64,000 nucleotides of DNA from Ascidiella aspersa (lineage: Eukaryota). Both the position numbers and the translations under genes were made by a program. Position 1 is the first letter of the stretch. Each line of letters begins with the position of its first letter. Shown here one piece after another: positions 49,770 to 63,655 of the stretch. Location: positions 12,586,001-12,650,000 of the forward strand of contig OZ004612.1 of assembly GCA_963924565.1 (NCBI GenBank). Reading direction: 5' to 3'. The notes beneath the pieces are model-generated. The model saw only the letters and a program-made list of their open reading frames with translations. It was not told where the DNA came from and ran no database searches.

Positions 49770-52700
49770 TCATAGGTGTCGGACATACACCGACGAAGCG
49801 TCGTGCGAATACGAGACGGTGTTAAGCAAGTTGTAACGCTGCAAAAGGGCCGAGTTGCCAATCCGGCAGTCAGGGTCGGCCGCGTGCAACCTCGATGAGA
49901 GTTCGGCCAATGAGAAGGGACTTAGATCCGCCAGTCCGTATTCTCTCAGCGCTGAATACTCTTCAGTCCAGTCAGAACGTCCATTGCTATTGGCCTCGGA
50001 AAGGTTCAGGTAGTATTGCGTGTAATCCTATCGTGAAAAGAATTTAAGAGCAAATGTATATCATTGTTAGGAAGCTTCAGTACAACATGTTGTTACTTTG
50101 TATTTTCTAGTCATTTTTTCGTGTCATGTGAAGGAAGTGGGTGCTACGTGTTTTTCAACACCCAAATTGATTAACTGCCATAAGCCAAATCTTAGAGTTC
50201 ATTAAGTGATTTTACGATATGATAAATAGGGTTTTAGAATACGCGTTTCAGCTTTCGTTTGCCCAAATATGTTCTTCAGTTACATAATATCATATTTGAT
50301 GATGTAAAGTTTTCCGTATTGTTGTGTGTAAAATTCCTGAGTTTTTCTGCTTTAGTTCGCCTCGTTTCAAACTTGACATGTAACCTTTAATCTCGTAATC
50401 TATAACTGTCAGTCTTGCGGGCGGTGTTCTCACGTTCTGCAAAACAAGTCACTTGTTTTGCTGGCGTCTGACTCCCGCTGCAATTTGGCCTTAGAATGGC
50501 CGCTGTAATGCCTAGCCATGTTTTCAGAGTGCCGGCCAGTCTTATTGGCCAAATATGACGTACCTTTCGTGTTCTTTTTCTTCCTACGTATTGGCTATAT
50601 ACATGTCGCTTCTTAGCGGCTTTGAGCTTTTCTCTAGAGAAGTCTTTTGCAAAGTCTTGGCCGACAGTCGCTGCAATAGGCGGTGGCTGTCTGTCTCACA
50701 TTAACTTGAAAATTAATATACGTTCACTAATGCTTTTGATAACGTTTTACTGCAAATTGTAACAATACACTCTTCATTGAAATTTCAGTTGTGGTTATGA
50801 CAGGTAGCATATCTGATCAGAAACCTTCGCAAACAACAAGAACTCGCGCGGTTGCGACCCGCCGGGCAACTGTATGGGGTCAGGGGCCAGGCCCCAGTGC
50901 GCAGGTCGCGGCGGGGGCGTAACAGTGGGTTAATTATGAGTCTCATTAAAGTATTTTTGCCTCGGTGAATAACCTCAATGAGGATTGTCTTAGCCTTCGG
51001 GAGACCTGACAAGCGAACTGTCCTTGGTTCTAAAACACGACCACTCGTTTTTCCTTCTGGGCTACAGGGCATTTTTATTTGCGACTCTGTCTTATAACGA
51101 AATTAGTAGGAAGAATTCTGTGAAAATAAAGGTAAACGTAGGCAATTATTAAATTATTTCTTTATATATCACGTGACACAGGTATTGGCCTGTGTTGTGC
51201 CCTTTTTAACATTTTCTCTAACGCGAAAGTATAAGCTTTGTCCATATTTAGGCAAAAAAAGGCTCTAAATTTTACGTTAATCGTAAACAAAACAGCTGAA
51301 TCAGCAACTCAAAAATATCTGGGCGCTTTCACTGAAAATATGTTTTACCACACGGCAAGGATAATAGGTCAACCACGAGGCGTATTTGTGTCAAAAAAAA
51401 AGATGTGCAAATTTTCGTAAGATGTGCAAATTATGGAAACGTTGGTATTCAATCTTCATCGACACCGCCCTTAGTGTAAGCTGCCGATATGATGTACAAC
51501 TACGCGTATCGGTTCCTTGATTTTAGAAAATAACTATTGTTTGTCTTGATTTTAGAAATGGGACTTCTTTAATTATAACTTACTTGTTATTTAGGCCAGA
51601 CATAGACTTCGCATTCAAATTATCAAGATTGTTATGAAAACTGATTATATAATGTGTACCAACCAGTGGAATTGAAGTGGACCGATCGTACTGGAACAGT
51701 CTGATGGAAGGATTAACAGAACCGTCTCTAAATCCGATTCTTGGAGTTACGCTCGGAGCATAAAATAATGAGGAAACCTGGAATGGAAAATATCAATTAT
51801 AGATTCTACCTTGGTCAATATTTGGGTATGGAAAACGCTTCGTAAGAAACTGGTCACAAAAATATGTTGTTATTTAGTACTGGTTGGAATCAACGTGCTT
51901 TAAAAATACAATGACACTGTTATACATTTAGTCGAGTTGAAACCTAGGATGCGAGTTTGTTAAAAACTACGCGAGTCCGACATCGGGCGAAAATAGGAAA
52001 TTCTCGTCTGTCTCTTGAGACCTGAGTCCGAATAGGGCCAGTTTGACGATTCTGACGAGTCCCGATTCCGGCTCCGACTCTACAGCATGTATTCCACCAA
52101 TTTGCTTAACTCACACATGGTCGAAATACAGCAATCAAGGGGAATGTAGGGGTTCGGATAACCCTTCAACCTACAATACGTGATCGAAAAATAATCCAAC
52201 AAATGCTATTCCAGTTTTACAATTTACCGGTTGCCCCTTATCCGTTTCAAATTTGGAACTGCGAATACGAACGTCAGACTCGGGACTGGGATAATCTTAC
52301 ATAGTCCTACCCGAGTCTATATAATCAGACTTTAGCGAACCATGTTGATTGTCATTAAACCAACCTTGGCTGAATGGGAAAGGTAATAACTGCGTCGTTA
52401 TTTCATGCTTACAGACCAACCAAACACTTGATTATCGCAAAGAAACTTTTCGTTTTTTATTTTTACGTTTAAATTATACCTTTGTTAGGAATGGGACGAT
52501 CACAGGTCTTCAAAATCAAAATCCTATATCGTTAAATCTTTTTTCGAAACTTCTGTTAATTTTTTGCGACTTTTTAAAATAGTTTTTAAAGATTTAAAAC
52601 CACTCATGCTGCCTAAAAACTGCAGAACTAATGTTTATTGTTGTAATAATATTAAAAATTTGTACTTACGAGACGCAAGCGGCGAACGTCCGGGAATAAA

Positions 52701-55700
52701 TTAAACTTACAGTTAAATTGGAGCCATCACGAAACAGTCGAAAGCTGTCACTGTGGTGGTGCCCAAAAAACTGTCCAGCTATGACGTCGCTGTACTTTAT
52801 CACCAAGTCCACGTAACGTTCGTTGTACTGAGGGTGAAAGTAGCTTTCACCTGTGACCCTTTCATAGAAACCTGGTCCGATGTGGCCGATTATGTAAACC
52901 TGGAACAAGGGATAGGAGAAACTGTTTATACAGTTTGGTTCTTAACAAGAAAAGTGATACAGTTAAAAGTACCTCTTAGCGCCGCGTTTACAACTGACAC
53001 TGAGGATAGTTGCTACTTACATCATAGTAATAAATATCACGTATGTGCAAGAGTTTGTTTTGAGCTGCTAGTTGCTATCAGACTCAAACTTAATTTTAAT
53101 TCTGAGTTTTTTCGATTTCCGATCAGTTAAAAGATTCAGTAATTGTTGTACCAAGGATGAAATTTCGCGGTTTAAAATTTAAAAATATGATTGGGTGTAG
53201 GGCCAACACGATTTAGATTCGAAGCGGCATTTTTCATTTTCTATTTATGTTCAACGTATAATGATACATTCAAAACTCCGGATTTCGCTTCCTGCAAGCC
53301 AAACAAAATATTAATATTTGTTTTTTTACGCCGAGGCAATATCACAAGAAATCAGTGCATATTTATTTTGCAATTCGGTTGTAAAACAGCGAATTTGAAA
53401 TAAACATAAAATATTTGTTGCAACGTTGAGCCTGTCACTACGCCAACAAATATGTCTGTAGGTTTTTTGTACCAAAGCTGCTTGAGTTTTTTTTTAAATA
53501 AATAATTAAAAACTTTGTTATGGTCACTAAAACGTTTTCCATGTAGTACATATCAGGTAATAATAAAAACAAAACGATATTGGAGCATAATGTTTGGAGG
53601 TTTTAGTTAGACGTAGTAAGAATATTAATGCCCATATAGCAGTTGGTATGACAATTAGATCGTTTCGAATTTCTCTTTATTCAATTTCAACCTGAACCAT
53701 GTTGCTTACTGACTGTACATACTAAAATTGGCATTCTTACTACGTATAATGACATTGTTCAGAGTATAGACGGAAGAGTTCCGACCTTATGAAAAACAAT
53801 CGAAGAATCCTATTTTTTGGATTTGTTTTTCTATTACCAAAATAACAATGCGTCCCTGCATTATATTTAAACTACCCCTAGGATAAAAACTTCTCCATAC
53901 TCTCTACAGCCTTTCTTAACCTGGGTTAAATTTACCCCTGTGGGTAAATTAGCTATCAAATAAAAAATCCATTTTATGCTGACGGGATATAAAAATTGTG
54001 TTAGCTATAGGTATTGGTAGCTTACTTTACTAGTCCAGATTAACTGCTTATTTAAACCTAGCCAGTATAGTAGCCTATTGATTCTTTATCGACTAGTGCC
54101 GACAACGTTATTTTAGGCCAAGAAAGTTTAGTGGGGTTTAGGAGCTTTATTAGTTAATAGCGATAACCGTAAGGTTTAGTACAACTTTTGAGATTTAAGT
54201 GCTGATTATGCATGTGATTGCCTATTTTTTGTCACTGGGTACGGCTTAACTGCCCAGTTGGATTATTGTTGATCTTTTTAGCCCAATGATTACCGCGTTT
54301 TAGGGGTAAAAATAACTCATTGCCTGATTAAAATATTCTGTCAAAGTAACAAAAAATTTAGTCTTAAAAATAGCATGTCCTAAAAGAAGAGAAAGTACCA
54401 GAAACATCATTTGAATTTTGGATTTACGTATCTTATTGAGAATGGTCTTCAAGTTTCTCCGTATTTTGTGCATGGAAATATTTACAAGCAGTGCCACGAA
54501 AACTGCTCATTTAAAACAACACCTATCAAATGCTCATCCAGCAAGTATGATAAGCAAAAACTGGTCCCTTTTTGAGTCAAAACTGTAGTGTGTCAAAAGA
54601 CAAAAACTAGACCAAACTGGAATGTTTTGACAACAATTCGTTGCCAAAAAGCAATAGCAGCCGTCGCATTGATTAATTACACAATGTAACAAAAAAAAAT
54701 TTTTTTTTTGTTCCCAGGTTCTAATCGATTTTTCCCTATTGCTTAGGACCAGTAAGTGTCGAAAATCAACTTTATTTCATATAAACTTTGTTTTTGTGGC
54801 TTAGAGAATGAAATTCTAAAATCGCAATATTTTTGAGAAAATATATCAACGATATGGCTAAAGAGCATCCAAGATGGATGTTAATCACTTTTAAATGTTA
54901 ATATACTCTGCAATATTTGCCATTTTATACATACTTCTGTTTGTAGGGTTGATTTTTGAGGTGTTGTATAGAAAATATTATGATTTGCAATTGATAATTT
55001 TTTAACGTTTTCTTTAATTGGACAACATTTTGAGTGCTTTCAAAATGCCTAGAAGCTGCAAACACTCTGCTGATGCGTTTTGTTTCATTTGTGGACAATT
55101 TATCAAGACAAGAGCGAAGAAGCACTCAGTTTTGGCTTCCGTTAAGATGTGTGAAGCCTACTATGCTTATTTTGGAATGCCTGTTGGAGACCAAGACAGA
55201 CCTTGGGCACCACATTTTTTTTGCGATTACTGTAAAAAGACTTGGGGGAAGGTAAGGTTTCATCGATCATATATTTTGGGCTATCGAGGGGAGAAAAGGG
55301 CGATGAAGTTTGCTCTTCCAAGGGTATGGCGGGAGCCAACGAACCACACAGATGACTGCTATTTTTATATGGTTAATCCATCCAGACGCAGAGCTGGAAA
55401 AAACGCTCCTCCTATTGCTTACCCATATATTCCTTCCTCAATAGCTCCGGTGCCACATTCAGATGAACTGCCAGTGCCTAACCCCCCCCAAGAAATGAGC
55501 AACTCTCAAATGATGAGTCCACAACCGAGGAAGAAGATGTAGTTGTTGAAAAAAGCAAAAATGGCCAAAACGGAACGAATTTGTTGTTGGAGAGAAAAAC
55601 GTAAAGCAAACTCGGTTGATTAACCCAAACAAAGTGCTTATGTCTCCCTTTCACATAAAACTTGGCCTTATAAAGCAATTTGTGAGAGCATTGGATAAAG

Positions 55701-58700
55701 GTGGTGACGCATTCCAGTTTCTCCAGAACTTGTTTACTGAACTATCAGAAGCTAAAGTAAAAGCTGGTGTATTTATTGGCCCACAAATTAAAAAGATTCT
55801 CAAGTCGAATGATTTTATCCAAATGCTTAATGATGTTGAAAAGAAGGCTTGGGATAGCTTTGCAGATGTGGTGAATGGGTTCTTGGGCAATAACAAGGAA
55901 GATATCTATGCCGAGCTCGTTTCCTATTTGGTAAAGTCGTATGGAAACATGGGGTGCAGAATGTCCATGAAAGTACATATGCTTGATGCTCACTTGGACG
56001 AGTTTAAAGACAATATGGGAGCTTATTCAGAAGAACAAGGGGAGCAATTCCATCAAGGCATAAAAGATTTTGAAAGGAGAAGCCAAGGGCAATATAATGA
56101 AAGCATGATGGGAGATTATGTCTGGGCCTTGATGCGGGAAAGTGATGTAGAGTACAAAAGAAAATCCCGCAAAACATCCCATTTTTAACTGATTTTATAC
56201 TTGAACTGTTTTAGCCTGAAATATTTATTTAGTTTTGCATTTAACATTTAACGATGGTATTGATTCGGATACAGTTAATACATTTATGTGCAAATTTCCA
56301 TGTACCAAATGCCTGTGCTTTGTGATTTGATTTTAATAACAAAAATTCTAATTCGTTGCCTATTGTTATGCCAACTCAGAATTAACCCTTTGCCAGACAG
56401 AAAAGTAGGCTGTAATTTACTTTGCGAAAAAGCAATCGATAGCCTACGACTAACGCGTCAGAATATTTAGTAAATACATTGATAGAATATAACTTCTTAG
56501 TCGATGCCAAGCGATTAAAAATGGACTTACAGCGATCAAAGACAGTTTGGTAAATATCCATGGGGTAAATCAATGTTTGGAATGAACTATATTGATTTTT
56601 GGAAGTTTCTAGGTGAGAGAGATCAGGAAATATCAATTAGAACCCGGGAACAAAAATCGTGTTACACGGTGTTATTATACCTAAAAAAACATATCAAAAG
56701 GTTGAGAGCCCCTGCTTCTAACACGAACCTTTTGATTATTTCGAGATATCCGCAGCTGCTCCTCCAACCAAGCGAACTGATTTGCCGGATCCTCTGATCT
56801 GCTTACTAGTTTGTTACGTATGTACCACATGTTGGTGTTAAGGATGATAACCTTTAAGCTTTGACCATGGAAACTCCTTTGGCAATAACCCGCTAAATTT
56901 ACAATGTAATGTTAAAACGAAAAAAGAAAGAAGGCGTAAAACTGACACCAGTCAAATTTTAGGTCAACCACAACCTTTACAAGGGAAATAGTTATTGGTC
57001 CATCTATAGTTCTATACTCTATAGTGGTATAACTGTTTTTTTCAGGATTGTTTTTCACAGAAACGATTTAACGATTTTTTAGCAAGCATCTACTTCACAA
57101 CAAACATATAGTAGAGCCTACATGTTTAATTTTTATTTGGATGGTTCTGGTTTAAACATTTTTGTTAAAGTATGATATTTTTTTATATTGTAAGATATTT
57201 TGATTTACGTTGTTTATTATGTTTTTGTTATAGGCCTATGGGCTGGAGACAGAGCCAATGCTGTTTTACAGTACAGTAGTTAGCCTACTCAGCCCTGTTT
57301 CTAATGCTACAAGCGTATTGATTAATGCTGCATGAATATAAAATATGCAGTAACAATATAGCGCTCCAACTTTTATAAAACGAAGATGAACATGCACAAT
57401 ATCCTTACTCTTTTTAAATTGAAAATACTGATCGACTGTCAACCAATCCGCCCACAGATCAGCTATATTGCTTAAGATGTTGTTTGGGTGAGGCGGCATC
57501 TGAAACATTGGGTAGTAGTCGTGGTTTCCTAAAGCCGGCAGCACAACCGTACTCGGAAAGGCAGCTTTCAGGTATTTGGTGATGTTGGCAACGGTTTCCA
57601 ACACAAGAAATTCACTAAGGTATGTGTGCTCTTTTATTGTGTGCAATGGATCGTCGCTGAACAAATACAACATCTTATAAAATATTATGATATTCAAAGA
57701 AACCATTTGTCAAAATTTAATAATCAACCTAAGCATTTTTACAAAAGCCTAACAAAAATAGTGCGTGTTTGTCATTGCATGGAGTGCAGGACAGTTCACA
57801 AAATATTACAGTTCACAAAAAACGCTCAATTGTATATATATAGTTGTGATTGCGTAGGCAAACAACGATTGCTATGTAATCTATATCAGTGGTTCTCAAC
57901 CTTTTTAACTTACGGACCGGTAAAATTTCAAAACAAAATTTGCGGACCGGTAGACCTTCAAAAATCAAAATCAACTCAAAATTTAATTAAGACAAAAATA
58001 TGAAAATATGCAAATTAAAAACAAAGAATAGTAACTTTAATTTAATGAGCAATTTGCTGCTGTCTTTTTTTAGTATTGTGACGTAACATACTGTTAATGG
58101 CTGGTTTAAGTCAACTCTGGGACCAGTTGTATGTAAAAAAAACTTCAATGGCAACACGTAAACCAGGGGTGGGGTTCAAATTTTTTGGCAGCCGGTTCTA
58201 TCACAAAAGTCATATTTTTCAGCCGATTCTGTTACAAAAAGTCATATTTTCCGGGAAATAAATTAAAGTTGTTGCAAGAACAGGATGCAATGCAACCCTA
58301 TAGGTGTTGCGAACTGCGAACCGGCTGAAATCCATCACTGCTAGCCACACTGAAAGGCAGCAGTCCTCTCTTGACTTGTACTTATGACGCAACAATTAGA
58401 TTTTCAGATAAACAATCACAAAGGGAAATTACTACCATTATAAAAATTAACACAATGTAAGACTGTTACGTGCGATCTTGACCATTGCACATTTTGAAAA
58501 AAACAAACACGTGAGCTACTTGAATTTGAAAATTTTAATTTATGGAATAAGATGCAAAAATCCATTGACAGTAACCAGTAATGCTAATCGGTTCGCTGAT
58601 CTTATAAAATTTTGTGAGACAGTTCTATAGAACCAGTGCAAACCGGCTGAATCCCACCACTGCGTTTAACACGTATGTTATTGTTATACATGTTTGTATT

Positions 58701-61545
58701 GAAGTTTTATTTACATACAACTGGTCCCAAAGTTGACTTAAACCATTAACTGTATGTTACGACACAATGCTGCAAATTACGCAACTGGCGAAGTTCTAAA
58801 TTTGATGCAAGCCGCCAAAATCTGACAGATATAAAATTCTAATATATTTGGCGAACCGGCAGGAAAGTTGACGCGGACCGGCGGTTGAGAACCACTGATC
58901 TATATGCATTTGGAGAGTGAAATTTCCTATTTCAAAGTAAACAAAAATTGTTTGGTTTGACAAATCGTAATGTGAGAAGTATTTCGCATGCCTGCTAATT
59001 ATTCGTAAGTGTGTGGGTTTCGGATCATTACTAAAGCCATGTCTTCTCATTATTTTTTCTGGTCTACGTTGTATTTGCGTTGCAGTCAGGAAGACATCTG
59101 ATAATCCTAAATTTAATCTGATTTTAAAGTTTTTGTGTAACAGTGGTAGTCTCTTATTCTTACCGTTATTTTTGTAGACATAATATTTAGTTTTTTAAAC
59201 AAAATAAATTACACGTTTGCGTAGTTGTGATTACCTTTTTTTCAAGAAACTTTCAGAGGTGACCATTACGTTACACACTAAAAGCGGGGTAGGCTATACC
59301 ATGTAGCGACATAACTAGACCTGATGGAGAAAAACTGATTACATTTTTGAAATCAGCGTGCCCGAATAAATAAAATAGCGTAAAGCAAGGGTTCTTAACC
59401 TTTTATCCCTTATTACCCATTTCTGTCCACATCAAAGTCCTATTACCCAAAATCTAATTTTATCTATTTTGCTATTTTGCCATACTGAAAATATAAAACA
59501 GCGTTATATAACATAAACAACATTTAATTTGAAGAACGAGATTAATAGTGTTAGTGAGACATTTCTCTTGTTTTTTATACAATCGATATAATATTGGGTG
59601 CGATTTTAGATAGGCCGACTGCACAACACAAATCTAACTCCAGATATAACAGCTTGTTTCGAGATTTTTATGACGAAACAATTCTAAGAATAATAAATAT
59701 CACTGTGCCTGTTGGGTTGTTTTAAACTCACTCAAAATAAAGCAACTTTACAACTCACACCTGTGACATTGTTTGTTACATCCATAATTCCAAAACAATC
59801 TGGTTGAGATGATTAACCACCTGCAATCCTGAAATTACGTGGGTAACTACCCATAAGTTAAGAACCGCCAAAAGCGTTTTAGCACTATGATTTTTTTTTC
59901 AGTGTAGGCCTAATTGGTTGCTTACCCGGTCCATAAAATAAAATCAGGTGTCGGCTCTGTTTCTCTCATTGCCTTGATAGCAGAATAGATAAGCTCTATA
60001 GGGGAGTCGCACCTAGAAGAGTTTGCAATTTTTAATAATTGTAGCGCGCACTGTGTGGCTATTTGATAGAAACAAACAATTTAGCAAGTTGACTTTTTTC
60101 AGCACAGTAGAGGCTACGGTTGTTTTTACTCAAAATCGTAAAAATCACCCGGTTTGTTAACTTTCGCTTCAAATCGGGTAACATCTGTCTATTTCTGCTT
60201 TTATGCCGTGTTCCGCTGGTATAATATATTATTCTGATGATTGCTTATTAGGCATAATTGATTATTAAATAATAAATACTGATGAAGCTTTGTGTATCTA
60301 GGTAGCCTGTTCAGTAGCGATAGGTATATACACATTAAAAGCAGGTTGGCAAAGGATTGTTGTGCCTCTGTACGACTTGACAACATTTGAAAAGTCAACA
60401 GTACATATTGAAAAATAGCACATTATATCACCTTGGTCAAACCTGTGTTTCTCTAGGTTTCTAAATGGGAGGCAAACCAAAGGCGATATGATCTTATAGT
60501 TTGCGTTTTATTATCGCTGCCTAAGGAGGATCTGTTGGTTATTCTGCTCAAAAACTTTCGCAAATGAGCGACCATACTTGCATACAGGACCGGACAACAT
60601 ATTTGTGCAAATTAAACCTAAACGATTATAACGAGACATGTAATTCGAATAGATACTTATTGTATTCCTAATATGCACTACGAGTGACTCCACCTATATA
60701 GTAAACGAAAGTCTGGATGACTCAATGCGACATGGCGCCGAACGCCCTGACTTCTTGGAGCTTTATTCCCCCATCACCGTTACTGAATTAGGGTCGATAC
60801 ACAGCAATTCAGATTTGTGAAGGTATACTCAGTGAGCCATATCAACTGAGTGAAGTGACTTTGTCTAGGGTTCAAGAAGTTTAGGACAGGTAATTTAACG
60901 CCTGTTCTCTGTAGTCAGTCTTGAAAAGCAACGTGTGAGAGACCATAGGTAGCCGTCGGCTCTCGTCTTAGGAGCGAGCGCCTTCTTACTCGTAACTATA
61001 CAGCCCCTCTCATTGCTAAACGGTCACTGCGTTTTCTATCTCGCACTTAATTAGGTACGTGATTTGACCCACTACGTTGTTTACCGATGCTTTCAAGTGA
61101 CCGTGGTTTACCAATGCTTTTAAGTGGCCACAGTTTACCGCCGTTTTTAAGAGACCGCTATTTACTTGTAAGATCACATGGCGATAAACTTACGACGGCT
61201 ATATGCAGCAATTTGTCCGGTTACGAGCCGCGTGATTATAAATGCAGTTTTAACAATTGCAAATCTATGTAGGCCTATTTTTAAATACACATACCTGTAG
61301 TCGCCCCATTTACCTGGGTTCAAAGCAGGGTTTTTCGAGGACGACGGACACACCTCTTTCATATCGCCAATGTCCTTGGAATAATAAAAATCCAAGTGCA
61401 TATCCGTGATGTGCCAAAAACGTCCAACGCCTTTGTGAGATAGCATTCCAGTTGATTCGGTTAAAAAAGGTAAAATGCAATAGAGAGAAATTTTAGTAAA
61501 CATTATGAATGTTGCTATTAAAATAGCTCGAGTTATCCACGACAT
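49770..61545 (-). CDS. SMPDL3: Acid sphingomyelinase-like phosphodiesterase (SMPDL3-like metallophosphoesterase), 7 exons, about 436 aa, C-terminally truncated by frameshift
   Basis: Exons 61545-61295, 60012-59926, 57656-57409, 56892-56729, 52899-52711, 51777-51664, 50027-49770 (TGA). Hydrophobic N-terminus; metal-ligand motifs FWHITDMHLD, LWTGDD, LGNHDYYP, IIGHI, FFGHHHSDSF, also WGDYRCDSP, APSVTP, NPSIRLFQY, DYTQYYLNL. Confidence 0.92.
51960..52320. mobile_element. Degenerate GAGTCCGA-family MITE copy
   Basis: CGAGTCCGA, GAGTCCCGATTCCGGCTCCGACTC and GACTCGGGACT motifs as in 32155-32528. Confidence 0.5.
53907..56714 (+). mobile_element. Decayed hAT (Charlie/Buster-like) element hosting the Chapaev-like insertion
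   Basis: Ends CAGCCTTTCTTAACCT ... AGGTTGAGAGCCCCTG; 54375-54545 translates with frameshifts to RKYQKHHLNFGFTYLIENG..ILCMEIFTSSATKTAHLKQHLSNAHP, a BED-finger-like hAT N-terminus. No clean 8-bp duplication. Confidence 0.6.
54680..56671 (+). mobile_element. Chapaev3-like DNA transposon, internally deleted (non-autonomous)
   Basis: Termini CACAATGTAACA..TTTTTGTTCCCAGGTTCTAAT and ATTAGAACCCGGGAACAAAAATCGTGTTACACGGTG; TTA on both sides. Transposase pieces: 55045-55542 MPRSCKHSADAFCFICG..PWAPH..C..C..PRVWREPTNHTDDCYF and 55616-56188 PFHIKLGLIKQFVRAL..KVHMLDAHLD..SEEQGEQFHQ. Confidence 0.82.
57887..58897. mobile_element. hAT MITE containing two nested elements
   Basis: TIR CAGTGGTTCTCAACC / GGTTGAGAACCACTG with perfect 8-bp duplication ATCTATAT; inside, a long-inverted-repeat element about 58071-58772, and within it a hAT-like MITE 58164-58662 (CAGGGGTGGGGTTCA / TGAATCCCACCACTG). 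Confidence 0.85.
59386..59868. mobile_element. Probable hAT-type MITE
   Basis: Ends CAAGGGTTCTTAACC ... AGTTAAGAACCGC with subterminal TTACCC repeats; no clean duplication. Confidence 0.45.
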
Positions 61546-63582
61546 ATTTCACTCACTGTACATATATATAATACAGTGACAATATATAATATAACATTTT
61601 GTTTGGCATTTGTTGCCTATATTGCACGTTATATGCCATAATCCTTAATCAACCCATCGGAGAATTTTTCAACTTGGAGAAATATTGCTAAAGGGACCTT
61701 TAGGTTTGCATAGCGGGGTTAGATTTGATATTTATGTTTTTATTTGGGTATCTTGTTGAGTGAATTATTATTTTATAGTCAGTGTGTATATGCTCAAACA
61801 ATGTTTTGCGTTGCTGTCCAGCGGACCAGCCTTTTTGTTCTTCGCATTAACAATCATAGAACGGACTTATTTTCTCAAATATTTTTTGTTACAGCGCGTC
61901 GCAATTCTTGTTGACCAACGACCAACCACTGAAAAACCTTAATTTCGCAGCTCATGACATGTGCCAGCAGGCTGCATTATTTTGTGTTGATGTTTATGGA
62001 TAAATTCCAGTCGGCCAGTTTGCCGAGTTCCTAAGGTTGGAAATTAGGATTGCCCACTTCCGTGATAAGCTCTACGTTCAAAAAACCCATTTCGTTTAGT
62101 TATACCGCTTAATCTAGGCTAGTACACGAAGTAAGCACTACTTAGAATTGCTATTGCTTCTTCGTTGGTACACCGCATGCATCCTTGCAACCAATAGATC
62201 AGTTATTTGCTAATAAATCACCAGGCTTCCATTTTAAATCTATAGGCTATTTCAATACCCGTTTGTTTTTTTTGGTAAGTTCAAAATAGTTACTTAAAAG
62301 TAGCCTATTCATTATCAATTTAACTAACTGATAGTAGAAATTTAAGATATGCATATTTGCATGAAAGCCTAAGTGTATTACTCAGGTTATTTAAAAAAAA
62401 ATCAAAAACTGAATGTCTGGTCTACACTCGCTGAAAACACAGAGCTCACGTTAATCAGCCGTAATCTCACATTGTTGACTGACTATTGGCAACGAGCAGT
62501 GTGCTGATCACCCTCCGGCGAATCAAAGTCTATCTATCCGGCCTGTTTGCCGCACAATTGTCGAGGTATAAGAAGTGGCCAGCGTTGTTGGGTAATTTTT
62601 TCAGATACTCCGACAGTCATGTCATTAGTCAACTATAATTTATTAGACATAGTTGCTATTGGTAGACAGCGAAACCTTTAAAACTTTAAATACACCGTTA
62701 TAGTAATAGCCCAATGTAAGGTTCTTGGTTTTCTAACAAATATTTTTTTGGTATACACCAATAATGTTTGTTAACACATATATCGTGTAGTTTGCATACA
62801 TTCATCGGTAAGCTGGACTGCAGCTAATAACCTTCTCATTGAGTTTAAGTAGGCTACTTAGAGTAGACTTGCCGCAGACCTAGAAATTACAAAATAAGTC
62901 AATTTTAGTTAACTATAAGTCTTTCACTGTTGAAGCTATAAGGTCAGCAGATATAAGGAAATTTGTAATAGACAACCGAGGTTAAAGTTCACGTTTAAAA
63001 GTTATGCACATCTTGTACCAAAGGTGTGTAACACGGCGCTCGGACCAGAACTTTTCCGTCGAACCTATTGTTATTTGGTCTTCACCACCAAAACAATATT
63101 AACTGCAATTAAATCGCACTTGTGTAAAAATACATTTGGAATATTCATGGTAAAGCAATTTGGCAATATTTTAAACTGGTACTTCAGCGATTGGAAGTTT
63201 TTATCAAATTCCTTTTGTGATAAATATATGGCTTTTTCGGATTTTTGAATCCTATAAAGCAGTAAAACGATTAAAGGATATAAATAAATGAACTGGGTTT
63301 ATGAGGAGATTATGTAGTTAACGGTTGAGGGAAAGTAAGGCCTAGAATTTTACTTCGCAAATAAATAAAATACAAATCTGTAAAACGTATATTGCATCTG
63401 TTGTTATATAATACACATAAATCACCAACCAAATATTGCAGACATGCGTATGCTGTGGCTGAATGTAAAGTAAAGTCAATTTTTTACATCAAGAAAAAAA
63501 GGAAAAATTATAAAATATTCCTTGGTATAAGTTTTCCTTGGCTATTTTAAGCACAATTACAAACCCATAGAACAAAAGTCAG

Positions 63583-63608
63583 TATATATATATATATATA
63601 TATATATA
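63583..63608. repeat. (TA)n microsatellite
   Basis: About 13 TA units just downstream of the paralogous SMPDL3 stop codon. Confidence 0.9.
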
Positions 63609-63655
63609 ATTATATATCATTATGTGCGAATTAAAAAAAGTAAAATGTACCTCAA

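Noticed and set aside
60280-61260. Possible LINE 3' remnants
   Set aside because: Only vague resemblance in broken frames; too decayed to call.
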